The position numbers and the translations under genes are program-made. The notes below the pieces were generated by a model. It searched no databases and had not been told where the DNA came from. It saw nothing but the letters and a program-made list of their open reading frames with translations. Of a DNA stretch of 64,000 nucleotides, positions 1 to 9,960 are shown one piece after another (position 1 is the stretch's first letter; each line of letters begins with the position of its first letter). Origin of the DNA: Bacteroidota bacterium (lineage in GTDB: Bacteria > Bacteroidota > Bacteroidia > Bacteroidales > GCA-2748055); the NCBI GenBank assembly GCA_049325415.1, contig JBMOLL010000008.1:15498-79497 (forward strand), read 5' to 3'.

Positions 1-114
1 CAGGAAGAGAATATCACTTTCATTTTCTCAACACACGATGCCCGTGTGGTAAACAAGGCGCGCCGTGTGATTACCGTGGAGGACGGGAAAGTAATTTCCG
101 ACAAGCGGGCATAG
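1..114 (+). CDS. ABC transporter ATP-binding protein, C-terminal fragment (start lies upstream of the window)
   Basis: Frame 1 is open from the window edge to TAG at 112-114. The translation QEENITFIFSTHDARVVNKARRVITVEDGKVISDKRA has an H-loop (S-T-H-D) and a tail typical of LolD/MacB-type ABC ATPases. Confidence 0.6.
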   Translation, partial: QEENITFIFSTHDARVVNKARRVITVEDGKVISDKRA

Positions 115-137
115 CACTTCAATCCAATATCCGGTAA

Positions 138-1307
138 ATGAGAAAAACCATATTCACGCTGTTCCTGTTTTGTTTACTCCCTGCACTTTCCAGGGCGCAG
201 GAAAGGATTGGTGTGGGAGGGTATATTTCCGACATGCCTTCGCTATATCATCTCCCGGTTGAAGGCTGGTTATGGCAGAATCAGTTGCAGAACAGGATTA
301 ATGTGGATCTGTATCCGAGCTCCCGGATCACTGTCGGCCTGCAGGTGCGTAACCGCCTTATAACCGGCAGCAGACTGCTGGTTCCGACCAGTCCGGCCTC
401 GGGCGACGATCCCGGCTGGCTTGATATGACACTGAGCGGGGGAGGCTCATTAAACGATCAGAGCAATTACAGCTGGTCCATGGTTCTCGACCGGGCCTGG
501 GTGGAGATGACGCTGGGTAAATTCGTTCTGAAGGCAGGGCGTCAGAGGATCAACTGGGGACAGACCTTTGTCTGGAATCCGAACGATATCTTCAACAGTT
601 ATTCCTTTTTTGAAATTGATTACCCGGAACGTCCCGGTAGCGATGCTCTTTTGTTGCAGTACTATACAGGAGAAGCTTCCGATATCGAAGTGGCAGTCAA
701 GGCCGACAGTTCGGGCCGCATCACTTCCGCCGGGTATTTCCGGTTTAATCTCCAGGGTTTTGACATCCAGGTCCTGGGGGGGATTATCGGTGAAGACGAT
801 ATGGTTGCCGGGCTGGGCTGGAGTGGTTCCATAGCCGGACTTACTTTTCGCGGAGAAGGAAGCTATTTCAGGAGTCTGGAAAATTTCAGAGACACGACCG
901 GACGGCTCATGTTGTCCTGCGGATTGGATTATCTTTTCCCTAACAGCCTGAACCTGCAGGGTGAGTTGCTATATTCCGGTTTTGCTGAAAAGGGAGGATC
1001 GGGCAATCTGCTTGCCTATTATTCGGGGAACCTGGATGTCAGAAAAACGGGTTTTACCCCCTGGTCATTTTATACCGGCATTTCATACCCGCTTACCCCC
1101 CTGTTAAACGGATCCCTTTCTGCTATGTTTATGCCCGACTGGAAAGGGGTTTTCATAGGGCCGGCACTGGATCTTTCACTTTCCGACAATCTGTACCTGT
1201 CCCTTATAGGTCAGTATTTTACGCTGGAAGCCATGAATCCGCTCAGCGGAGCCCGGGAACGTCAGAATTTCCTTTTCGCCTTTCTTCGTGTGAAGTGGAA
1301 TTTCTGA
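138..1307 (+). CDS. Putative outer-membrane beta-barrel protein, function unknown
   Basis: 389-aa ORF with signal peptide MRKTIFTLFLFCLLPALSRAQE. It has alternating hydrophobic/polar G/Y/S-rich strands and a C-terminus ...RVKWNF ending in Phe, like an OMP beta-signal. No specific family recognised. Confidence 0.6.
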   Translation: MRKTIFTLFLFCLLPALSRAQERIGVGGYISDMPSLYHLPVEGWLWQNQLQNRINVDLYPSSRITVGLQVRNRLITGSRLLVPTSPASGDDPGWLDMTLSGGGSLNDQSNYSWSMVLDRAWVEMTLGKFVLKAGRQRINWGQTFVWNPNDIFNSYSFFEIDYPERPGSDALLLQYYTGEASDIEVAVKADSSGRITSAGYFRFNLQGFDIQVLGGIIGEDDMVAGLGWSGSIAGLTFRGEGSYFRSLENFRDTTGRLMLSCGLDYLFPNSLNLQGELLYSGFAEKGGSGNLLAYYSGNLDVRKTGFTPWSFYTGISYPLTPLLNGSLSAMFMPDWKGVFIGPALDLSLSDNLYLSLIGQYFTLEAMNPLSGARERQNFLFAFLRVKWNF

Positions 1308-1452
1308 AAACTGCTGCCGGACATGTTAATAACTATTCCCCGACCTACTTTCTTTTTTCATTTACTTAGGAGCCGGTGAAACAAATGAGAATTAATATAC
1401 GTAGTAAGAAGTGCACTTGAATTATTACAGCCACATGGTAGTCTCTATAGGT

Positions 1453-1839
1453 ATGGATTCAGATCAATATGTCTGGAAAGACCGGGTATTTCTGATAACA
1501 GAAGATGAAGAAGTAAATTTTTTCTATCTGAAAACCCTGCTGAAGAGTACCTGTGCAAAAATAATCAGGGCAAAAAACGGACAGGAAGCGCTTGATATAA
1601 TTAACAGGGAGGAGCGGATCGATCTGATCCTGATGGATATCAACATGCCTGTTATGGATGGAATGGAGGCAACGCGGCTGATCAAATCCCGTCATCCCGA
1701 AATTCCGATCATTGCGCAGACTGCCTATACCATGAGTGAAGACCGGAATAAGTGTATGCAAGCCGGTTTCAATGAATATCTTGCCAAGCCCATCAGAAAA
1801 AACACCCTGTTCCCGATAATGAGTGGTTTTTTAGACTGA
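1453..1839 (+). CDS. Stand-alone response regulator receiver domain (CheY-like)
   Basis: Receiver motifs: acidic pocket ITEDEE, phospho-acceptor context DLILMDINMPVMDG, IIAQTA, and conserved Lys in LAKPI. The ORF track opens at GTG 1411; ATG at 1453 (or 1435) is the more likely start. No output domain. Confidence 0.8.
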   Translation: MDSDQYVWKDRVFLITEDEEVNFFYLKTLLKSTCAKIIRAKNGQEALDIINREERIDLILMDINMPVMDGMEATRLIKSRHPEIPIIAQTAYTMSEDRNKCMQAGFNEYLAKPIRKNTLFPIMSGFLD

Positions 1840-1845
1840 AAGCAT

Positions 1846-2298
1846 ATGCGAGCAGTGGTTCAGCGGGTTTCCTCGGCTTCTGTCAGAGCAGAAAGCGGAC
1901 ATTTCGATGAAATGGGCCGTGGTATGGTCATCCTACTGGGTATTGAAGAAGAGGATGGAGAAGATGATCTTCAATGGCTGGCGGGCAAGATCTGCCGCCT
2001 GAGGATTTTCAATGACGACCGGGGGGTGATGAATCATTCGCTGCAGGAGGACGGGGGCCGGTGCATGGTGATCTCGCAGTTCACGCTGCATGCGAGCACG
2101 AAGAAAGGCAACCGGCCATCATGGATCCGGGCGGCACAACCCGACAGGGCGAAGCCCCTGTATCTCCGTTTTATAGACCGGCTGGAGCAGGAACTCCGGA
2201 TGCCTGTTATTTCGGGCGTGTTTGGTGATCACATGGATATTACGCTTGTAAATGACGGACCGGTAACTCTGATTATTGACAGTAAATTGCGCGAATAA
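1846..2298 (+). CDS. dtd: D-aminoacyl-tRNA deacylase
   Basis: 150 aa. N-terminus MRAVVQRVSSASV and SQFTL...GNRPS motifs are characteristic of Dtd. Its stop overlaps the next start (TAATG). Confidence 0.9.
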   Translation: MRAVVQRVSSASVRAESGHFDEMGRGMVILLGIEEEDGEDDLQWLAGKICRLRIFNDDRGVMNHSLQEDGGRCMVISQFTLHASTKKGNRPSWIRAAQPDRAKPLYLRFIDRLEQELRMPVISGVFGDHMDITLVNDGPVTLIIDSKLRE

Positions 2299-2636
2299 TG
2301 ACGATCAGTGAGGCTCAGAAAAAGGTGGATGACTGGATCCGGGAGTACGGGGTCCGGTATTTCAATGAACTGACCAATATGGCCCTGCTGACTGAAGAGG
2401 TCGGAGAAGTCGCCCGCATTATTTCCCGCAGGTACGGGGAACAGTCGTACAAAGAAAGTGATATGAAGGCAGAACTGGGCGATGAACTTGCCGATGTATT
2501 GTTTGTTCTGATCTGCCTGGCAAACCAGACGGGAACAGATCTTGAAAAAGCACTGGAGGATAATCTGGATAAAAAAAGCCGGCGGGACCGGGAACGTCAT
2601 AAAGGAAACGAAAAATTAAAAGACAATAAAAAATGA
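2298..2636 (+). CDS. MazG-like nucleotide pyrophosphohydrolase
   Basis: 112 aa with the EExGE...ExxD pattern of the all-alpha NTP-PPase fold (LTEEVGEVARII ... ELADVLFVLICLAN). Translationally coupled to dtd and deoC. Confidence 0.85.
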   Translation: MTISEAQKKVDDWIREYGVRYFNELTNMALLTEEVGEVARIISRRYGEQSYKESDMKAELGDELADVLFVLICLANQTGTDLEKALEDNLDKKSRRDRERHKGNEKLKDNKK

Positions 2637-3505
2637 ACCGCTTATCCAATATTGATTACCGTGTAGACATGGCGGAGCTGAAGAAGGGACTTGATACTGC
2701 CGCAGATCTTGTTGCCGGGGGGGCCGATCACGAGTTGCTTAAAAAGCTCTTTTCGGTGATCGATCTGACCTCGCTGAGTGAAACAGACAACGATGAAAAA
2801 ATCATCGCAATGACAGAAAAAGTCAATCGTCTGAAAGATCAGTTTCCGGAATTGCCCTCTCTGGCAGCCATCTGTGTATATCCTTCGCTGGTAACGGCCG
2901 TCTCGGGAGCCCTCGGCGTAAAAGAGACCGGTATTGCCTCCGTTTCTGCAGGGTTCCCCTCCTCTCAGACTTTTAAGGAAGTTAAAGTCCTGGAAACTGA
3001 AATGGCCCTGAAGGCGGGAGCGACAGAAATTGATATAGTGATCTCAGTGGGGAAGGCTCTTCGCGGACAATTTGAAGAAATATACGATGAACTGGCTGCC
3101 GTCAAAGCGGTTATGAACGGAGCTCATCTGAAGGTCATTCTGGAAACCGGCAGCCTGAAAGATCCGGTCCTGATCCGAAACTGTTCGTTTATTGCCATGG
3201 AGGCCGGAGCTGATTTTATCAAGACCTCCACGGGGAAAACCGGAACCGGGGCAACGCCTGAGGCGGTCTGGATTATGGCCCGGGCCGTCGCCGATTTTTA
3301 CTATCTAACCGGCAGGCGCGTAGGGATCAAGCCGGCGGGTGGTATTGCAGATATCCCCCAGGCGCTGATGATGTATCAGATCGTAAGGGGAATTCTCGGT
3401 GAAAAATGGGTTCAGCCAAAATTATTCAGAATCGGAGCCAGTCGGCTTGCCAACCGGATTATCGCTGATTTTTATAAAAAAAGTGAAGATTTTACCTATT
3501 TCTGA
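2633..3505 (+). CDS. deoC: Deoxyribose-phosphate aldolase
   Basis: 290 aa with IDLTSL near the N-terminus and the Schiff-base lysine context DFIKTSTGK. ATGA overlap with the upstream gene. Confidence 0.9.
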   Translation: MNRLSNIDYRVDMAELKKGLDTAADLVAGGADHELLKKLFSVIDLTSLSETDNDEKIIAMTEKVNRLKDQFPELPSLAAICVYPSLVTAVSGALGVKETGIASVSAGFPSSQTFKEVKVLETEMALKAGATEIDIVISVGKALRGQFEEIYDELAAVKAVMNGAHLKVILETGSLKDPVLIRNCSFIAMEAGADFIKTSTGKTGTGATPEAVWIMARAVADFYYLTGRRVGIKPAGGIADIPQALMMYQIVRGILGEKWVQPKLFRIGASRLANRIIADFYKKSEDFTYF

Positions 3506-3527
3506 TTGCTATTTCAAATTTTTATCC

Positions 3528-3535
3528 TACCTTTG
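3528..3535 (+). promoter_or_regulatory. Candidate Bacteroidota -7 box (TACCTTTG) in the deoC/TPR convergent gap
   Basis: Matches the TAnnTTTG consensus, with a TTG about 19 nt upstream. No CDS follows; see the related finding. Confidence 0.25.
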
Positions 3536-3703
3536 AAGTAGAAAAAGCGTTCATTTCTTTAATGACGGTTCACGAACAACAGTTCAAGAACCATCGCTTT
3601 AAAAGTATAAAGCGGTTCGATAACTACATTCCATTCTCATAGAGACGGGTTGAATTCCATGGCTTTTTTTCTTCAAATTTATCGGGCCGCTTTTCTTTTT
3701 GTC

Positions 3704-5929
3704 CTATTTCAACCTGTAGTGCAGGTAATCCATCATCAGGGGAAAATCCGTTTCCTGTATCCTGTTTTTCAGCAGCATGGGGCGGTCATCATCGAGTGTT
3801 TTCAGGAACAGGTCAAAAGAAAACGCCGGATCCTGAATTGCCCTTAAATAAAGGTCCACGGCTTCTTTGCGCCGGCCCTGCGCCCAGCGGACATGTCCGA
3901 AATTCACAAAGTCGAAATAGCCAGGTTCCCGGGCTGACTGGAGCACCTTGTTGAAATAATTTTCAGCCTTGTCCGGCTCATTCAGGGCAAAGTAACACCA
4001 GGCGATAGGCCGGATCAGGTGCAGGTTTCCCGGATCGGCATATTCAAGACGAAAATATTGTTGAATGGCCGTGTCATAATCCCCCAGTTTCATATTGCAG
4101 TAGGCGATCAGGGAGGCGTTCCTGCTATCCCCGGGTTTTTGCCTTTCGATCTCCTCATAGCATTCAAGTGCTTTCCCGTATTGTTCCAGTTGCCGGTAGC
4201 ACCGGGCCATATTTTTCAGGACCCAGATACCCGGACTGCCCGACCATCCTATTTTTTCATAACAGGCAAGTGCTTCCCGGTGTTGCCCGGTTCTTTGAAG
4301 GCAAAATCCGGCTTTTTCAAGCAGCTCGGGATTTCCCGGATTGTCGTTCAGCAACATACGGAAAACATCCAGGGCTTCTTCGAAGTGGTTTTTCTCAAAG
4401 AAATACTCAGCAATATTTCTTGTTATATGCTGGTCGTTAACGAGTTCTGTATAAAATCCCGCATTGTAGAGATCCAGTTTCCCGCCAAAGATATCTTCAA
4501 ACTCACTTTTGAAAGGAGAAATTTTAAAGAAGCGGTACAAATCCTGGATATACTGTACAAGGATGATCCGTTCGCGGAAACTGCCGGAAGAGAGCTCGTC
4601 ATCGGAAAGCATCTCGTCGAGGCCTTCCATTTCCATGGCAAAGGCAGCAGAAAGCATTTTTTTCTGATCGGGAGGCAGGTATCTGACGTTGAAAATAAAG
4701 CTGTATTTATCCGAGTTACACAAAAAGGGCGTTCTTTTCAGCCCTTCGACAAACAGTTCCGGATCAAACGCATCATTCCCGGAAGCGTATAGTTCCTGCA
4801 GATCGGGATTCTCATTATAAAAAGGAACCAGCCAGTTGGTCATTTCATTAAAGAAAGGGAAGCTTTTCAGATGGGCGAAAGTGGTCATATAAACGTCTGC
4901 ACCTTCCATTTGCAGCTTCATGAATTCCTCCACTTTTTTATACACCTGGTCCGATTCCCTGAACATGGATTCCCAGTCGGGATTTCCTTCCTCGTCTTCG
5001 CCTTTGAGATCATCCAGCAGCAGTTTATCTTCCAGGTCCGGTTTCAGTTTAGCCACTTCCGGGATGAGATCTTCCTGAAGCTTTCTTCCGATTTCTAGGG
5101 TATCCCGGGCCCTGATAAGTTGAAGGGCGGTGTTTTCAAGATATTTTTCCAGGTTCATCTTTTCCCCGAGAATATGCAGCCGGGTCATGATATCGGGGTA
5201 GAAACGCAGACGTTTATCATAAACATAGAGAACAATAAACAGACTGACCAGAGAGCGAACGGAAACTTCGGGCTCGTCTGTTTCGGCAAAGTCAATCAGT
5301 CGGTGAACCTTGTCCTCATTCCAGTAGCGCAGGAGAGATAACAGAATGGCGCTGACGGTAAGGGCTTTTTCATGCCAGGCAAACTCCCGGCTGGAGATAA
5401 TGGTTTCTGCAAGGTTGTTTTCCGCTTCGGTATAACGATCACTCAGCCAGAGATGTCGGAAGATCTCCAGATCCAGGTCTCTCTTTTTCTGGCTGTTCAA
5501 AGGAAAGGAAGGGCCCTCATCCCTCAGTAATTCATCCAGCTCGGTTTTAAAGGCAAGATCATCCAGGGTTTCTATGACCCCGCGGCCCGTGAGCTTTTGT
5601 TTTTTCGAAAGGTCCTGCTTCAGGGTATAGGTATGCCAGCCGGAATGCTTTTCCAGCAGGCTGGCCCTGACCTGGTCGGCAAGTTCCAGAATGGAAACCT
5701 GAAGTTTCAGGTAGATCCGGTCTCTTTGCGGATCATTGACCCCTTCCAGCATATAGCGGAGCATCTGTTCATAGGTGCTTTCCGCATATTCAAGCTGAAC
5801 GAAAAAATCGCCAAAGCCACTGGCCGAGATCAGTTCACGCAATTCTTCCAGAGCATCCTTCACTTTTGCCCCTGCGATAAAAGTGTTTATCCGGTTATAC
5901 CGGGCGTTTATTTTTGAAACGGTAATCAT
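3704..5929 (-). CDS. Tetratricopeptide-repeat protein, function unknown
   Basis: Long ORF (track 3704..5962 opens at TTG; first ATG at 5929). The C-terminal third shows repeated TPR-like A/Y/L patterns (EALDVFRMLL, EALACYEKI, KALECYEEI, TAIQQYFRL, KAENYFNKVL). The N-terminal 450 aa has no recognised domain. Confidence 0.75.
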   Translation of the reverse strand: MITVSKINARYNRINTFIAGAKVKDALEELRELISASGFGDFFVQLEYAESTYEQMLRYMLEGVNDPQRDRIYLKLQVSILELADQVRASLLEKHSGWHTYTLKQDLSKKQKLTGRGVIETLDDLAFKTELDELLRDEGPSFPLNSQKKRDLDLEIFRHLWLSDRYTEAENNLAETIISSREFAWHEKALTVSAILLSLLRYWNEDKVHRLIDFAETDEPEVSVRSLVSLFIVLYVYDKRLRFYPDIMTRLHILGEKMNLEKYLENTALQLIRARDTLEIGRKLQEDLIPEVAKLKPDLEDKLLLDDLKGEDEEGNPDWESMFRESDQVYKKVEEFMKLQMEGADVYMTTFAHLKSFPFFNEMTNWLVPFYNENPDLQELYASGNDAFDPELFVEGLKRTPFLCNSDKYSFIFNVRYLPPDQKKMLSAAFAMEMEGLDEMLSDDELSSGSFRERIILVQYIQDLYRFFKISPFKSEFEDIFGGKLDLYNAGFYTELVNDQHITRNIAEYFFEKNHFEEALDVFRMLLNDNPGNPELLEKAGFCLQRTGQHREALACYEKIGWSGSPGIWVLKNMARCYRQLEQYGKALECYEEIERQKPGDSRNASLIAYCNMKLGDYDTAIQQYFRLEYADPGNLHLIRPIAWCYFALNEPDKAENYFNKVLQSAREPGYFDFVNFGHVRWAQGRRKEAVDLYLRAIQDPAFSFDLFLKTLDDDRPMLLKNRIQETDFPLMMDYLHYRLK

Positions 5930-6155
5930 GATCACGTTTTTTATATCCCGACCAAAGATCAAGCCATTCTCATTTTCACGCCATTATGACAGAAAACAGC
6001 TAACCGGGCATTTTCCGGCTCTGTATTCAGGTTAAAAACCGGAGCCCGGGCAAACCTGTCTTTTGTGCCACAATACCACCGGTTTTCGTCCGGAAATGGA
6101 CAAGCCCTGTACGTAAAAGCTACTCTTTTTCAGCATTTAAGCTCTCTGTGTATTT

Positions 6156-6163
6156 TATATTTG
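6156..6163 (+). promoter_or_regulatory. Candidate -7 box (TATATTTG) upstream of the FtsX-type permease gene
   Basis: Matches TAnnTTTG, about 70 nt upstream of ATG 6234. Confidence 0.3.
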
Positions 6164-6233
6164 ATTGATTATGTGATGTTTATTCCTTTTGGTAGATTTT
6201 TTGGTAGAATTTAAGCCAACTAACTCTCCATTT

Positions 6234-8648
6234 ATGCTGCGACACTACCTGAAAATCGGTATCCGTAACGCCCTGAAGCACCTCAACTATGCCTTCATCA
6301 ATGTGTTCGGACTTGCCCTTGGCCTGACCAGTTTTATCTTCATTATGATCTATGTGGCGGACGAATTAAGTTTCGATCGTTTTCATGCCGGTTATGACAG
6401 AATATACAGGGTTAACCGGTTGTACAATTCGAACGACATCAATGAGGATGCCGCAACCTGTTCTTTTCCTTTTGCGCCGGCTCTTTTTGACGATTATCCG
6501 GATATGGTGGAAACGTACTGCCGCTTTTTCGATTTTCAACGCTCAAGTCTTTTGTTTGAATATCAAAAAAGCGAGGAAGAGCGGATCAAGTTTAACGAAG
6601 ACTGGTTTTACCTGGCCGATTCAAACGTATTTGAGCTTTTCACCTTTCCGCTGATTGAAGGAGACCCGAAAACGGCCCTGGTAAGGCCCAATACGGTGGT
6701 CATTTCCGAATCGACGGCCCGCCGCTATTTCGGATCGGAGCCCGCCATGGGCAAGACGCTGAGGATAGAAGAGGCAGCAGAGGTGGAAATTACGGGGATC
6801 ATGAAAGATCTGCCTTTACAATCGCATTTCAGAATAGATATCCTGGGTTCCATGTCTACGTTCAGGGAGATCCTGGGGGGACAATTGCCGCAGACCTGGA
6901 TCTGGAATCCCTGCTGGACCTATATTAAATTGAAGGACAAGGTAAAACCGGAACAGCTTAATGCGCGTTTTCCGGATTTCTACCTGGCCCATTACCCGGA
7001 TTTCCAAAATCAGGATGTCACGTTATACCTGCAACCCTTGAAGGATATCCATCTGAAGTCGCATCATGAATATGAGATGAGGCCAAACGGCAACATCACC
7101 TATATCCGGATCCTATCCATGATTGCCGTCTTTGTTCTGATCCTTGCCATCATCAATTTCATGAACCTGGCGACGGCAAATTCAGCCGGGCGGGCAAGGG
7201 AGATCGGTTTAAAGAAGGTTCTGGGTGCCAGGAAAAAACAATTGATGGTACAGTTTCTGGGTGAAGCGCTGATTTTCACCTTCTTTGCCCTGATCATCGC
7301 AGTTGCCGCCACCGAGTTGCTGCTGCCGGCCTTTAACCGGTTTACCGCCAAGGACATTCCGCACCACCTGTTCATTCAGCCGGTCACCCTGCTAATGGGT
7401 CTGGGTTTATTGTTGCTGGTAGGGCTCCTTGCAGGTTCTTATCCGGCTTTTTTCCTTTCCGGACTTGATTCGAGCCGTTTCCGCGGTGAAATCGTGAGGG
7501 GTTCAAAAAGCGGAACCGCCCGTAAAATACTGGTAATTAGTCAGTTTTTAATATCCATTGCCCTGATCATCGGTACCATAAGTGCCTACTCTCAGCTCAA
7601 TTATCTAAAAAAGGCTGATCTGGGTTTCAACAAGGAACAGGTGATCCTTCTTCCTTCCGTCGCGGCCACCTCAAACCGTTTTGAGGCTTTTGCCGAGGAG
7701 CTGAAAAATCACAGCGAAGTCATGCATGTCACCGGGATGGAAGACATCCTCGGGGTAAATCACAATACACGTCGTGTCTTCATCGAAGGACTGGGCGAGG
7801 AAAATTTCTATTATTACCCGGCTTTTATGGTCCGTTATGAATTCCTGGAAACCTTTGATATACCAGTTGTTGCCGGTCGGGGTTTCTCCCGTGATTTCCC
7901 TGCAGATACAGCCAACGCGATCATGATCAATGAAACGATGGTGAAGAATCTGGGCTGGACCAATGAAAGTGCCATCGGAAAAAGAATCCGTTCAGATGGT
8001 GATGAACGCGTCATCGGTGTTTTCGGCGATTTTCATGCCTTATCCCTGCATAAGCCCGTGAGCAATTTTATTCTGGACATGGTTAACAACCCGAGGGGTG
8101 CTGCAGGCCTCACCCGGTATATAGCTATAAAGGCCCGGAGTGATAATTATACGGAACTGCTGAAATTCATACAGGGTAAATGGGAAGAATTTGCGCCCAC
8201 CAGGCCGTTTGAATACTCATTTCTTGACGAAGAGATAGATGCCCTTTACAAGGATGAGCAAAAATTCAGTTCCATATCGATCATGATCACCATCCTTGCC
8301 ATTATTATTGCCTGCCTCGGACTGGTTGGTCTGACCTCCTTCCTGGTGGAGCAAAAAACCAAGGAGATCTGTGTGAGAAGGGTGCATGGTGCGACTTTCA
8401 GTGACGTGAACCGTCTGCTTTCCGCTGAATTCCTGCGCCTGATCTCCGTTGCCATCCTGATCAGCTGGCCACTGGCTTATTTTGTGGTTCACCACTGGCT
8501 TATCAGTTTTTCCCAGCATATTGCCATGCAATGGATCGTATTTATTATATCCGGAATTGTAGCCGTCATGCTTGTTCTGCTGATCACCTCCGCACATGCC
8601 CGGAAAGCTACCCGGATTAACCCTGCCTATGCACTGAAATACGAATAA
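6234..8648 (+). CDS. ABC transporter permease, FtsX/MacB family
   Basis: N-terminus MLRHYLKIGIRNALKHLNYAFINVFGLALGL is typical of MacB-like permeases. It has two 4-TM FtsX modules separated by large periplasmic domains. The track ORF opens at TTG 6189; ATG 6234 is preferred. Confidence 0.85.
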   Translation: MLRHYLKIGIRNALKHLNYAFINVFGLALGLTSFIFIMIYVADELSFDRFHAGYDRIYRVNRLYNSNDINEDAATCSFPFAPALFDDYPDMVETYCRFFDFQRSSLLFEYQKSEEERIKFNEDWFYLADSNVFELFTFPLIEGDPKTALVRPNTVVISESTARRYFGSEPAMGKTLRIEEAAEVEITGIMKDLPLQSHFRIDILGSMSTFREILGGQLPQTWIWNPCWTYIKLKDKVKPEQLNARFPDFYLAHYPDFQNQDVTLYLQPLKDIHLKSHHEYEMRPNGNITYIRILSMIAVFVLILAIINFMNLATANSAGRAREIGLKKVLGARKKQLMVQFLGEALIFTFFALIIAVAATELLLPAFNRFTAKDIPHHLFIQPVTLLMGLGLLLLVGLLAGSYPAFFLSGLDSSRFRGEIVRGSKSGTARKILVISQFLISIALIIGTISAYSQLNYLKKADLGFNKEQVILLPSVAATSNRFEAFAEELKNHSEVMHVTGMEDILGVNHNTRRVFIEGLGEENFYYYPAFMVRYEFLETFDIPVVAGRGFSRDFPADTANAIMINETMVKNLGWTNESAIGKRIRSDGDERVIGVFGDFHALSLHKPVSNFILDMVNNPRGAAGLTRYIAIKARSDNYTELLKFIQGKWEEFAPTRPFEYSFLDEEIDALYKDEQKFSSISIMITILAIIIACLGLVGLTSFLVEQKTKEICVRRVHGATFSDVNRLLSAEFLRLISVAILISWPLAYFVVHHWLISFSQHIAMQWIVFIISGIVAVMLVLLITSAHARKATRINPAYALKYE

Positions 8649-8700
8649 AGCCGGGAAACTGATCAGGACAAAAAGCTAAAGGGTGCGGAGTGCCCGTAAA

Positions 8701-8733
8701 AACAGGGATGGGAACGTCCCTGTTTTATTTTTT
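8701..8733 (+). terminator. Rho-independent terminator after the FtsX permease gene
   Basis: Hairpin AACAGGGA-(8 nt)-TCCCTGTT followed by TTATTTTTT. Confidence 0.6.
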
Positions 8734-8737
8734 GGCT

Positions 8738-8745
8738 TATTTTTG
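8738..8745 (+). promoter_or_regulatory. Candidate -7 box (TATTTTTG) for the RND efflux operon
   Basis: Matches TAnnTTTG, 8 nt before ATG 8753 and directly after the terminator. Confidence 0.3.
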
Positions 8746-8752
8746 TTAATCA

Positions 8753-9943
8753 ATGAAAGACAAAATGAACAGAATTAACAAATGGGTAATCATCATTGCT
8801 GCCTTATTATTCATCCTGGTGCTGGGTTACGGCCTGTTCCGTTACCTGATCTCCCTGAAAGAGGAACCGGTCAGGCAGGCTGCGCCCGAAGTTACCCGGG
8901 AAGTAAAAGCTGAGGAGGTAAGATACGGCACTGTTTATTCAAAGGTAAGCGGGACCGGAAGGATTCTTTCCGTAACGGAAACCGATCTTATTGCAGAAAT
9001 AAGCGGTAAAATTCTTCCGGGGGATGTTCCCCTGAAACGCGGATCCGTTTTCCATAAGGGAGACCGCCTTTTTACCATTTACACTGAAGAGGCCCGGCTT
9101 GCCCTGCTGGCAAGAAAAAGCCGTTTTATTTCCAGTGTAGCTTCCGTTCTTCCCGATCTTGCCATTGATTTTCCCGAATATGCGAAGGAATTCCGGACTT
9201 TCTTTGTCTCGCTGAGTGAAGAAAAACCCTTCCCTCCCATTCCTCCTGCTGAAGATGAAAAACTGAAGATTTTTCTGGCCAGCAGGGAACTGACCCCCGA
9301 ATATTACGGGATCATGAAAGACGAACTCCAGCTTAGCCGCCATACGGCGATTGCCGCTTTTGACGGAACTTTTACGGAGGTTTACCTGGAGGCAGGTGCG
9401 TTTGCCGGCACCGGAAGCCGGGTTGCCCATATTATCCGAACCGACGAACTGGAGGCAGAAGTTTCCCTGGACAGGCAGGATGCCGAGTGGATCAGGACGG
9501 GAGACCGGGTTTCTGTTGTCAGTGATAAAATGAATGAACCGATTGCTGGTGTCGTTGTCAGGAAGTCGCTTTTTGTTGATGAGACCACACAGTCGCAAGG
9601 TATTTTTATCCGGGTCAGCGATCCTTCGAACTCCCCGCTGCTTTCGGGGGAATACATTCATGCGGAATTTAATGTCAGGCCCGTGGAGAACGGGATGGAA
9701 GTTCCGCGCAATGCCATCATCAACACCAATGAGTTTTTTGTGATCATTGACGGGCGCCTTGAAAAAAGGCAGGCCCGGATTCTCAAAATCAATGAGACCA
9801 CGGTCATCATCAACGGTATTGAAGAAGGAACATGGCTTGTTATCCAGCCACTTATCAATGTCATGGAAGGAACCACGGTGCGGATTGCCGGACAGGATAA
9901 ACAGCCGGCGAATCCGGCCCCAGAAAATGCAGCCAAGCAATAA
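8753..9943 (+). CDS. Efflux RND transporter periplasmic adaptor subunit (HlyD/MFP family)
   Basis: 396 aa with N-terminal membrane anchor WVIIIAALLFILVLGYGLF. Lipoyl/beta-barrel-like segments; sits immediately upstream of the RND pump gene. Confidence 0.8.
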   Translation: MKDKMNRINKWVIIIAALLFILVLGYGLFRYLISLKEEPVRQAAPEVTREVKAEEVRYGTVYSKVSGTGRILSVTETDLIAEISGKILPGDVPLKRGSVFHKGDRLFTIYTEEARLALLARKSRFISSVASVLPDLAIDFPEYAKEFRTFFVSLSEEKPFPPIPPAEDEKLKIFLASRELTPEYYGIMKDELQLSRHTAIAAFDGTFTEVYLEAGAFAGTGSRVAHIIRTDELEAEVSLDRQDAEWIRTGDRVSVVSDKMNEPIAGVVVRKSLFVDETTQSQGIFIRVSDPSNSPLLSGEYIHAEFNVRPVENGMEVPRNAIINTNEFFVIIDGRLEKRQARILKINETTVIINGIEEGTWLVIQPLINVMEGTTVRIAGQDKQPANPAPENAAKQ

Positions 9944-9960
9944 GCGATATCCGGGAAAAG

